Part shown: piece after piece, positions 25,298 through 32,000 of the stretch
Position numbering within the stretch: position 1 is the first letter of the stretch
Layout of the letters: each line of letters opens with the position of its first letter
Sequence record: OZ348804.1
Direction: 5' to 3' (one strand)
Length of the DNA stretch: 32,000 nucleotides
Translations under genes and position numbers: made by a program
Notes under the pieces: model-generated
The model's database searches: none
Told to the model about the DNA's origin: nothing
Seen by the model: the letters and a program-made list of their open reading frames with translations, nothing else

Positions 25298-25547
25298 TTA
25301 ATGCCTTTTTCAGGCTTGACTATTTCTTGTTGCTTTTTTCTCTAGGAAAAAGCAGAAAAATGAAATAGAGTTCACAGTTGGGCAGTTTGTTCATAACAAA
25401 ATTTAACATAAGCATTTAGCCCAGCATTTAGCTGGACAAAAGCTTAATGGTGCTCAGTATCCTGATGCAATTGGGTGCGTTTTAAGCTATCCCAATAAAA
25501 GTAAACTATTATATGTTGTTACATATAATAAACTCCTGGTTGAATCT

Positions 25548-25673
25548 TTAAAGTGAAGATCCGAGACCAGTATATGAACCATAAAAGAAAATGGCTAAAA
25601 GACCAAGTGCTGCAAGTCCAGCTACTGTTCCTACGAACCATAATGGAATTCGTCCTGTTGTCGTATTTGACAT
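25548..25673 (-). CDS. psbJ: photosystem II protein J
   Basis: Hand translation gives [41 protein letters not shown], 41 aa, matching the PsbJ consensus. Confidence 0.9.
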   Translation of the reverse strand: MSNTTTGRIPLWFVGTVAGLAALGLLAIFFYGSYTGLGSSL

Positions 25674-25696
25674 AGATCTTTCCCCTACAAATGTGT

Positions 25697-25813
25697 TTAG
25701 TTAAAAATATAGCTTGAAAAAAGAACCGCAAGCACAAAAATGAGAAGTAAACCCCAGTAAAGACTTGTACGGTTTAACTCAACAGTTTGCTTGTTTGGAT
25801 TTGGATTTGTCAT
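25697..25813 (-). CDS. psbL: photosystem II protein L
   Basis: Hand translation gives [38 protein letters not shown], 38 aa, matching the PsbL consensus. Confidence 0.92.
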   Translation of the reverse strand: MTNPNPNKQTVELNRTSLYWGLLLIFVLAVLFSSYIFN

Positions 25814-25825
25814 ACAACTCTCCTC

Positions 25826-25942
25826 TTAACGTTGAATAAACTGCATTGCTGTAATAGAACCAAGGAAAAATACCACTGGTACAGCTAATGCGTGCACTGC
25901 AAGCCAACGGAATGTAAAAATTGGATATGTTTTAATCGACAT
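25826..25942 (-). CDS. psbF: cytochrome b559 beta subunit
   Basis: An internal Met of track ORF 25826..26047 gives [38 protein letters not shown], 38 aa, the canonical PsbF length and sequence with the heme-ligand His. The upstream 35 codons of the ORF have no PsbF counterpart. Confidence 0.9.
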   Translation of the reverse strand: MSIKTYPIFTFRWLAVHALAVPVVFFLGSITAMQFIQR

Positions 25943-25992
25943 AATAAAAATATACCTGATATAACAGGTCGAATAAATAACGTATACATAGC

Positions 25993-26014
25993 ATGTGCAC
26001 CAAAAGGTGCGCAT
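25993..26014 (-). promoter_or_regulatory. stem-loop inside the unusually long psbE-psbF spacer
   Basis: atgtgcacc-aaaa-ggtgcgcat, a 9-bp stem including one G.U. A smaller repeat, acctg-atataa-caggt, lies nearer psbF. Confidence 0.4.
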
Positions 26015-26100
26015 ATGTTCTTTTTGCCTAGTTGGATACATACTCAACTAAAAGCAAAAATGCCCGTTTGTTTTCCTATCTAGATTTACTTAAGCGAGTA

Positions 26101-26340
26101 TTAAAATTCTTCCATTTGTGCAAGTGCGCCGTAGCGATCTGACACTAAAGGAAGCGTTTGACGCTCGTCTGTAAAGTATTCGTTTGGACGTGGTGTTCCA
26201 AACACGTCGTATGCTAATCCAGTACTTACAAAAAGCCATCCTGCAATAAATAAAGATGGAATTGTAACACTATGAATCACCCAGTAACGGATACTTGTAA
26301 TGATGTCACCAAAAGGACGCTCTCCTGTAGAACCTGACAT
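26101..26340 (-). CDS. psbE: cytochrome b559 alpha subunit
   Basis: 79-aa ORF starting [56 protein letters not shown], near-consensus PsbE. Confidence 0.97.
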   Translation of the reverse strand: MSGSTGERPFGDIITSIRYWVIHSVTIPSLFIAGWLFVSTGLAYDVFGTPRPNEYFTDERQTLPLVSDRYGALAQMEEF

Positions 26341-26484
26341 ATGGGTTACTCCTTTAACATTTCTGTAAAAGCCCGTGCATTAAAATTGAAATTTAATTTA
26401 TCTGTACGAGGCTCGATTATATTATATCCCTCGACTGAGGAATTGCAAAAAAATATGTAAAAAAAAGTACTAACTCTTACACTT

Positions 26485-26509
26485 AAGCTTTTTTTAACAA
26501 AAAAAGCTT
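26485..26509 (-). terminator. 3' stem-loop downstream of the ycf2/ftsH-like ORF
   Basis: aagcttttttt-aac-aaaaaaagctt, an 11-bp perfect but A/T-rich stem 47 nt past the stop. Confidence 0.4.
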
Positions 26510-26555
26510 TAGACAATTCGTCTAAAATTAAACGAAAATTTTTGTTAGTTGAGTT

Positions 26556-29500
26556 TTAACGCCAATTTTTTTGCATTAAACTGACAATTTCCATGGCAAC
26601 TTGATCAATACGACGTGCCGTTGTTTCTTTTCGACATTTGAATGAAAGATCATTATTTGTTTCAAATGTCCCAAAAATATTTGCATCACGTGAAGCAAAT
26701 TCATTTCGCTTTTTCGTTAAAAAATTTAGACGGTTTTTAATTTTGTCTGCAATTGGTGGAGCACCGAAAAGCATTTCGTATTGGACTTCATTTAAACCTC
26801 CACTAAGCGAATGTTCTTTACTAAAACGTTGTGCACGTAAAAGTGAAGTTGCACGACTGCGCATATCAATTGATTTTACTGAAGTAATTCCCATTGGATA
26901 TGGTGTTGGGAGTTGTGTTTGACGCCAAATATCAAAACTTGTGATAAACATATGCTCTTTTGTAATACGTTCAAGTGTATGTTGACTTGTCAATACATCA
27001 AGCGCTTCTTTTGCTGTAAAGAAGAGTGGGTAACAGTATGTTTCAAACGTAACAACCGGGTATGGTGTCCCGATTGTTTTTTGAGCATTATAAATAAATA
27101 AACCTTCACTTAAAAGAGGAAGTAATCCATCCACAACACTAATAGGTGGTGTTGTATGAAGTTTTACACTATTCATTTGAGCCGTTGTGTTCCAACGCTG
27201 CTTAAGTGTTTCTGTTTCGTCTGGAACCATATTACGGAAAACATGCATTAATTTTTTATACATTGGAATTTGTCCAGTTTGTGTAAAAAATGGTGCATAT
27301 TGTGTTGGTTGATTATGGCGAACACTAAATGCAAATGTTGGGAAAAATCCAAGAGTTGATGAAGCATCAACAAATCGTGTTTGTGGAAGATCATGTACTT
27401 GATTAATTGAGCCTAATGCAAAAGCCATACTTTCTTTTGTATGGGTGTTTGTAAGACCTTGTTTCATCATATATACTGCGGAAGTATTTACAAGAATACG
27501 TAAATCAAGGCAACTAAATCCTTCTGTCATGGCACTAAAATATTTCCAATCAATATCAATTGGAGTATTAATCACAGATTTTTGGCTATGAAGTAAAAGC
27601 ATTTGATGACGTTCTTTTACGGGTGGATAGTAAAAATCTAATACCCATTCAAATCGTCCTGAACGCATACATGCATCATCCATCATCGAAGTTGTTGTCA
27701 TACTTCCCATTACGAAAATATCTTGTTGCGAAGCAATGGTTTCCGTTCCTCGACTATACCCATCCATTGCAAGGAGAAGTTGTGTTGTTGCACGCACTGA
27801 ACCAAACATTGGATAACGTTCACGGTGACGAGTCATGAAGTCTAAATCACGGATAAAAAGGATATTTGGAGCTTGTTCACGGGCACGTTTAAATAAAGTT
27901 TTTAGGCGAACCAATCCATTTACTTCATTTAAATAACGGTTACTTTCGGTAATCAAAAGTGGTAAACGTGATGCTGTTGCTAATGTACGAACAAAATATG
28001 TACGTCCATTCCCAGGTTCTCCAAGTAAAATCATTCCTTTTGGAAGTTGACGCATACGTTCTGTCCCAGGTTTGATTAATGATAATAATGGGAGTTGTCT
28101 CATTTCATTTTGGAAACTTTCTCCGTATTCTAATGCTCGCATTAAGGCTGGTTCACCACCTAAACGGTTAAAAAGTTCTTGGCGTTCTTTTAAAACACCC
28201 GAATCCATTGCAGCACCTTGTTCTGTTAGTGGACTTAAATATGTCCGAGCGGCTGTTGTGAAATTATTAAAGCATGAATAACGTGGGAGAATATCTTTAG
28301 AATCTGGTCGTTTAAGACTTGTAGACTCAAGAATATTACGTGGTTGATATGTGAAAGAAGTGATGTTTTCTTCTTGCAGTGTAAAGAAATTCTCTACATG
28401 TGCTTTTAATTTTTCTACTTGAACAAGAATTTTTGTTTCTTGTTCAGATGAAAGATTTGGACGAATTCCTGTATTCCAAATTTTTAATCCTGTTGAATAG
28501 CCATATAATTCCTTTCCACGTTGTGCTTGGAATGCTAAAATAAGTTTTTTAACTGGTGGGGTTTTCATCTTTTCCCCAACATATTCACTGATACGAACTG
28601 CTTCAGGCATTCGGTCAATATGTGCAATGAAATCGTTTACAATTGGCGCATTTCGAGCAATAATACCTCGACATTCAATACGAACACAGAGTTCAATCCC
28701 TGCATACATTAAAAGTTGGAGTACAATCCCTTTCCAGGCAAGGTCTTGCCATGGTTCATATTGATTTGGGCTTAAAAAGAGTGTCCCTTCGCGAAACCAA
28801 AGTGGTTTAGGTTTATTTAAAGTAGTTAATACTTCGTTTGTAGCCAAGTCTGTAGTGGTTGTTTCTTGGTTTAATTCAAAAGTATTTTCCGTATTCACTC
28901 TAAAACTGTCGTCTGTTAATGTGCCATTTGCAAAATCATTATTTTCGCTGAAGTTTTCATTGTTTGTATCTTCGAAATCACTGGTTAAAATATGATTTTT
29001 GAAACTGTTTAAACTATCTTCAGCTAAATTATCATCGTCTAAATCATCCTCATTATCTGATTCATCCCCATCATCTAAGTTAGATCCATTATCTAAATCA
29101 TCTTCATTATCTAAATTATCGTCATTATCTAAATCTTCAGCATCTAATTGGTTTTCATCATTATCGTTAATTTCGAGAAGTTCCCAATTATCTTCATCTG
29201 AGTCAAAATAACTAGACTTTGTTTCGTAGACATTTTGTAATTGGCGTGCTGTTCTTTCATGAAGTACTGAACGATATGGATGATCTTCAATAATTGAAAA
29301 AGCATCTGGACGTTGATTGAAAACTTCTAAGCTTGTATCTGACAAACTATAATGAAATAGTTTTGTTTCTTGGGAAGTAAATGGTTTTAATGGTACTGTA
29401 GTAGTTTTTCCTGTGTGATAATGGATTCCAAACGGTGAAAATGTTACACGGTTATTTTTTAATTCAACATCCTTATAAAGTTGTTCTAAAAAAGTTGCTT

Positions 29501-31004
29501 CATTTGCACTTTCATGGAGGAAATGGACAAGATTAATATCTTTTGCCCATGGAACATTAGAATCTACGGAATTTACAAGCGGGGCTGCTTGCATCTCGGT
29601 TATTTTTCGAATTGGTTTATATTTTAGCTTTTCAAAGCATTTTGACAGAAGATCTTTTTGTGTGAATTGCCCAAGTCTCGGCGCAAGAGGCATGTATTGA
29701 TCGGAAAGTTGTTTTCCGCGTTGTGTGAATTGTTTATTGGTACGTTGTTTTGTTGAACGTAATCGTTTTTTATACTTAGTTAAAAGTTTTTTATCTTTTA
29801 TTTGAAGACGTTTATATACAGGTTCCGGTGTAAAAGGTGGTGGTTCTGTTTCATCTTCTTCTCCTTCTTCCTTTTTTTCACGAGGTGGCATTTGTGCAAG
29901 TTCATCAGCGGACGACCATTCATAACGACCAATTTCTTCCTCGTGGCTGAAACTATCATTTAATGTTGTCTTATCTTGTTGAAATACTGCAAGGAATTCA
30001 TTTGGGTGTGTAAAATTGTCAACGATTTCTTTTTCAACATCTGTATATTTCCCCTCAACAAATTCAGTTTTTAAGCCTTTAGTACGGGTAAAAAGAATCC
30101 CTTGTGAATCACGGAAATATTCTTTCTTGGGATCAAGTACACCTTCTAAATTTTCAAGAACCGAGAGTTTTAAAATGGCAGTACGTGTTTGTGTTTTTAA
30201 TGTTTTAGACGTTTTTTCTAAGCCTTTTGAATAAACTGTTTGTGGGGCATTAATTGTACGTTGAATAATTAAATAGGTAATACTGAGCGGTAACATTGCT
30301 TGAAGTCCGCGTCGAATTGTAAAACTACTTTTTATAAATTGGTCGACAACATAAAATTTATGAATACGGAAATATGACACAATGTAAAGGCATCGTTGAT
30401 ACATTGCTTTTACATATGTATTTCCACGCCCGCGCCCAAGCCAAAATCGAGTCTCTTGATACCCTTGTTTGAAAGTGATTTGACTTGTTCGATATGCTTT
30501 TTCACAAAAGAGTTCTAAACAATATTCTACTGGGATTGCTACAATATTAAGGATGCTTTGAATAGGTGTTAATAAAATAATCCAAAAGCTGTTCCAGAGT
30601 AAGCAACTGAAACTATAGATTTGAGGTACATAATATTTAATTGCTTCAGAAGCCATTTCTGTTGTCATTTCAGCATTATACCAAAAAGTTGGATAAGTTA
30701 ATTTAACAACATGTGTATAATTCCCATCATCCAGTGCATTTTTAAGTGCAATTTTTCGTTCATTTGTAGAACTTTTTTCGTTTGATTTTTGAATGAATTG
30801 GCTGTCTTCGGATTTTGTATTTTTATTTTCTAGGTCTGAGGTTTCTGTCTCTGGAATACCATCAGTTTTAACAAGAAGCATTTCAAGTGCTTCTGGATTT
30901 AATTTCGTATTTTCGTGATTTTTCCAAGCTGATCCAAGGAATTGATAAAATGAAACATCTACATGATTTAGTTGTGAGTCGCTATTTGACTGATTATTAG
31001 TCAT
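26556..31004 (-). CDS. ycf2: Ycf2/FtsH-like AAA+ protein (1482 aa) without a recognisable protease domain
   Basis: There is a single AAA module near aa 985-1130 (nt about 27615-28052). Walker A is GEPGNGRT (27999-28022), followed by YFVRTLA. Walker B-like is ILFIRDLD (27840-27863), and there is an Arg-finger-like motif SGRFEW. These resemble land-plant Ycf2 (GSIGTGRSYLVKYLA; IHDLD) more than true FtsH (GPPGTGKT; DEID). I find no HExxH zinc site. The long N-terminal region has no recognisable family. Confidence 0.8.
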   Translation of the reverse strand: MTNNQSNSDSQLNHVDVSFYQFLGSAWKNHENTKLNPEALEMLLVKTDGIPETETSDLENKNTKSEDSQFIQKSNEKSSTNERKIALKNALDDGNYTHVVKLTYPTFWYNAEMTTEMASEAIKYYVPQIYSFSCLLWNSFWIILLTPIQSILNIVAIPVEYCLELFCEKAYRTSQITFKQGYQETRFWLGRGRGNTYVKAMYQRCLYIVSYFRIHKFYVVDQFIKSSFTIRRGLQAMLPLSITYLIIQRTINAPQTVYSKGLEKTSKTLKTQTRTAILKLSVLENLEGVLDPKKEYFRDSQGILFTRTKGLKTEFVEGKYTDVEKEIVDNFTHPNEFLAVFQQDKTTLNDSFSHEEEIGRYEWSSADELAQMPPREKKEEGEEDETEPPPFTPEPVYKRLQIKDKKLLTKYKKRLRSTKQRTNKQFTQRGKQLSDQYMPLAPRLGQFTQKDLLSKCFEKLKYKPIRKITEMQAAPLVNSVDSNVPWAKDINLVHFLHESANEATFLEQLYKDVELKNNRVTFSPFGIHYHTGKTTTVPLKPFTSQETKLFHYSLSDTSLEVFNQRPDAFSIIEDHPYRSVLHERTARQLQNVYETKSSYFDSDEDNWELLEINDNDENQLDAEDLDNDDNLDNEDDLDNGSNLDDGDESDNEDDLDDDNLAEDSLNSFKNHILTSDFEDTNNENFSENNDFANGTLTDDSFRVNTENTFELNQETTTTDLATNEVLTTLNKPKPLWFREGTLFLSPNQYEPWQDLAWKGIVLQLLMYAGIELCVRIECRGIIARNAPIVNDFIAHIDRMPEAVRISEYVGEKMKTPPVKKLILAFQAQRGKELYGYSTGLKIWNTGIRPNLSSEQETKILVQVEKLKAHVENFFTLQEENITSFTYQPRNILESTSLKRPDSKDILPRYSCFNNFTTAARTYLSPLTEQGAAMDSGVLKERQELFNRLGGEPALMRALEYGESFQNEMRQLPLLSLIKPGTERMRQLPKGMILLGEPGNGRTYFVRTLATASRLPLLITESNRYLNEVNGLVRLKTLFKRAREQAPNILFIRDLDFMTRHRERYPMFGSVRATTQLLLAMDGYSRGTETIASQQDIFVMGSMTTTSMMDDACMRSGRFEWVLDFYYPPVKERHQMLLLHSQKSVINTPIDIDWKYFSAMTEGFSCLDLRILVNTSAVYMMKQGLTNTHTKESMAFALGSINQVHDLPQTRFVDASSTLGFFPTFAFSVRHNQPTQYAPFFTQTGQIPMYKKLMHVFRNMVPDETETLKQRWNTTAQMNSVKLHTTPPISVVDGLLPLLSEGLFIYNAQKTIGTPYPVVTFETYCYPLFFTAKEALDVLTSQHTLERITKEHMFITSFDIWRQTQLPTPYPMGITSVKSIDMRSRATSLLRAQRFSKEHSLSGGLNEVQYEMLFGAPPIADKIKNRLNFLTKKRNEFASRDANIFGTFETNNDLSFKCRKETTARRIDQVAMEIVSLMQKNWR
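29010..29207 (-). repeat. imperfect in-frame tandem repeats encoding an Asp/Asn/Glu/Leu acidic tract inside ycf2
   Basis: The plus strand shows reiterated ...tcattatctaaat(c/t)atc... units with a period of about 18 nt. The protein reads DSDEDNWELLEINDNDENQLDAEDLDNDDNLDNEDDLDNGSNLDDGDESDNEDDLDDDNLAED. Confidence 0.75.
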
Positions 31005-31165
31005 AAAGTTATTAATGTATATTTAATAGGACGATATATTTAAATTTGTTTATGAAAGTATCTCTCTTCCTCGTGTTTTAGTTAACTAGTAGAATATTAA
31101 AAAAATATTTATTGTATTTTGATTATATCATAATGATTCTGGAATAGACACAATTTTTTAAAATT

Positions 31166-31237
31166 CTCCCCAGACAGGATTTGAACCTGTGACCAATCGG
31201 TTAACAGCCGATCGCTCTACCACTGAGCTACTGAGGA
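31166..31237 (-). tRNA. trnN-GUU: tRNA-Asn (anticodon GUU)
   Basis: Reverse complement TCCTCAGTAGCTCAGTGGTAGAGCGATCGG-CTGTTAA-CCGAT...AGGTTCAAATCCTGTCTGGGGAG. Confidence 0.9.
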
Positions 31238-31426
31238 TTAGAAGGTTAAACTACCAACATTTAAACATGATGTTTACTTTAATGTAGTCTATACAACATA
31301 TGATGTTAGTACTACTTATTGAAAAATATAACATATTGCTTAGTCCTTGTCTATGTTTACTTTTATAGAATCTTGTAAGAAAGGGACTTGCATCTAAATC
31401 CTAAATCTTTTATACTGTAAGAAAAT

Positions 31427-31499
31427 GCCTCCTTAGCTCAGCGGCTAGAGCATCGTATTTGTAATGCGAGGGTCGTCGGTTCAATTCCGACAGGAGGCT
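31427..31499 (+). tRNA. trnT-UGU: tRNA-Thr (anticodon UGU)
   Basis: GCCTCCTTAGCTCAGCGGCTAGAGCATCGTA-TTTGTAA-TGCGA...GTCGGTTCAATTCCGACAGGAGGCT. Confidence 0.9.
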
Positions 31500-31557
31500 T
31501 GTATTTTATAATAAGATTCTTTAAAATTTGGATTGTTGTCTAATTCTTTTTTTTATT

Positions 31558-31629
31558 GTCCTAGTCGCCTAAGGGATGGGCATGGGCTTTCTAAGCCTGT
31601 TTGTGTGGGTTCGAATCCTACCTAGGATG
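31558..31629 (+). tRNA. trnR-UCU: tRNA-Arg (anticodon UCU)
   Basis: GTCCTAGTCGCCTAAGGGATGGGCATGGGC-TTTCTAA-GCCTG-TTTGT-GTGGGTTCGAATCCTACCTAGGATG. The cloverleaf folds, with G.U pairs in the acceptor and anticodon stems. Confidence 0.8.
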
Positions 31630-31633
31630 TTGT

Positions 31634-31658
31634 TTGTTGCCACACGAAGTGGCAACAA
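31634..31658 (+). terminator. stem-loop downstream of trnR
   Basis: ttgttgccac-acgaa-gtggcaacaa, a 10-bp perfect stem in the convergent trnR/psbH spacer. Confidence 0.45.
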
Positions 31659-31663
31659 TTTAT

Positions 31664-31689
31664 TTAGGGTTTTATTTAAAACACCCTAA
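31664..31689 (-). terminator. 3' stem-loop downstream of psbH
   Basis: ttagggtttt...aaaacaccctaa, a stem of about 11 bp with a one-nt bulge, 12 nt past the psbH stop. Confidence 0.45.
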
Positions 31690-31700
31690 ACGAAGCTAAT

Positions 31701-31937
31701 TTAGTATCCTGTACTTGAAAGCCAGCTCATTTCTACTTCATCAAGAAGTAATGAACGGTTATAAATTTCAAGAAGAATTACAAGGAAAACAGCGAATAAA
31801 CCAATAAATACTGCCATTACTACTGTTGTTCCCCAACCTGGTGCTACTTTTCCATATTCTGAGTTAAGTGGACGTAAGGCTGTTCCTAATGCTGTTACTT
31901 TTCCTGTTCCAGCAAGTTTGCTTTCATTTGTGCTCAT
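31701..31937 (-). CDS. psbH: photosystem II phosphoprotein H
   Basis: 78-aa ORF with the PsbH core [18 protein letters not shown] followed by a transmembrane helix and ILLEIYN. There is an N-terminal Ser/Thr region. Confidence 0.95.
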   Translation of the reverse strand: MSTNESKLAGTGKVTALGTALRPLNSEYGKVAPGWGTTVVMAVFIGLFAVFLVILLEIYNRSLLLDEVEMSWLSSTGY

Positions 31938-32000
31938 AAGAATAAATTTCTCACATTCATTTGTGTTTTTTTACTTTCTATTTTAAACTATATCAAAATT

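Noticed and set aside
25519-25737. Minus-strand 72-aa ORF.
   Set aside because: It spans psbJ and the end of psbL out of frame. Hand translation in the correct frames gives canonical PsbJ and PsbL.
25943-26047. N-terminal 35-codon extension of the psbF ORF ([35 protein letters not shown]).
   Set aside because: No PsbF has such an extension as far as I know, and the internal Met gives a consensus-length 38-aa protein. It is kept only as a note under the psbE-psbF spacer finding.
28999-29211. Plus-strand Ser/Lys-rich 70-aa ORF.
   Set aside because: It is the antisense reading of the acidic tandem repeats in ycf2.

Overview
This window is a contiguous piece of a green-lineage (chlorophyte-type) plastid genome. 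It is AT-rich, intron-free, gene-dense and mostly transcribed from the minus strand. I can support 25 protein-coding frames. They are photosystem I (psaA, psaB, psaC, psaI, psaM), photosystem II (psbA, psbB, psbT, psbE, psbF, psbL, psbJ, psbH, psb30/ycf12 and an anomalous psbZ), petB, atpB, atpE, clpP, rpl20, rpl32, rpl36, a short ycf1/Tic214-like gene, a 1482-aa Ycf2/FtsH-like AAA gene and one orphan ORF. There is also a complete rrn16-trnI-trnA-rrn23-rrn5 operon, 13 further tRNAs, and an RNase P RNA gene (rnpB) that the ORF track cannot show. Eight small CDS below the ORF-track cutoff were found by hand translation: psaM, ycf12, psaI, psbT, rpl36, psbJ, psbL and the true psbF start. Nearly every gene is followed by a strong inverted repeat. 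The combination psaM + ycf12 + rnpB + ycf1 + ycf2/ftsH, contiguous psaA-psaB and no introns suggests a prasinophyte-grade or early-diverging chlorophyte plastid, but I cannot name the species. I see no CRISPR array, transposase, intron, homing endonuclease or defence-type multi-gene system. The items most worth a second look are: (1) the conserved psbZ C-terminal half, which sits behind an in-frame TAA of a 183-codon ORF; (2) the plastid-encoded rnpB; (3) an orphan 300-aa coiled-coil ORF directly upstream of the rRNA operon; (4) the Ycf2-like giant ORF with degenerate ATPase motifs and an acidic tandem-repeat insert. RNA gene ends are estimated by eye, about +/-5-10 nt. All homology statements rest on remembered consensus sequences, not on searches.
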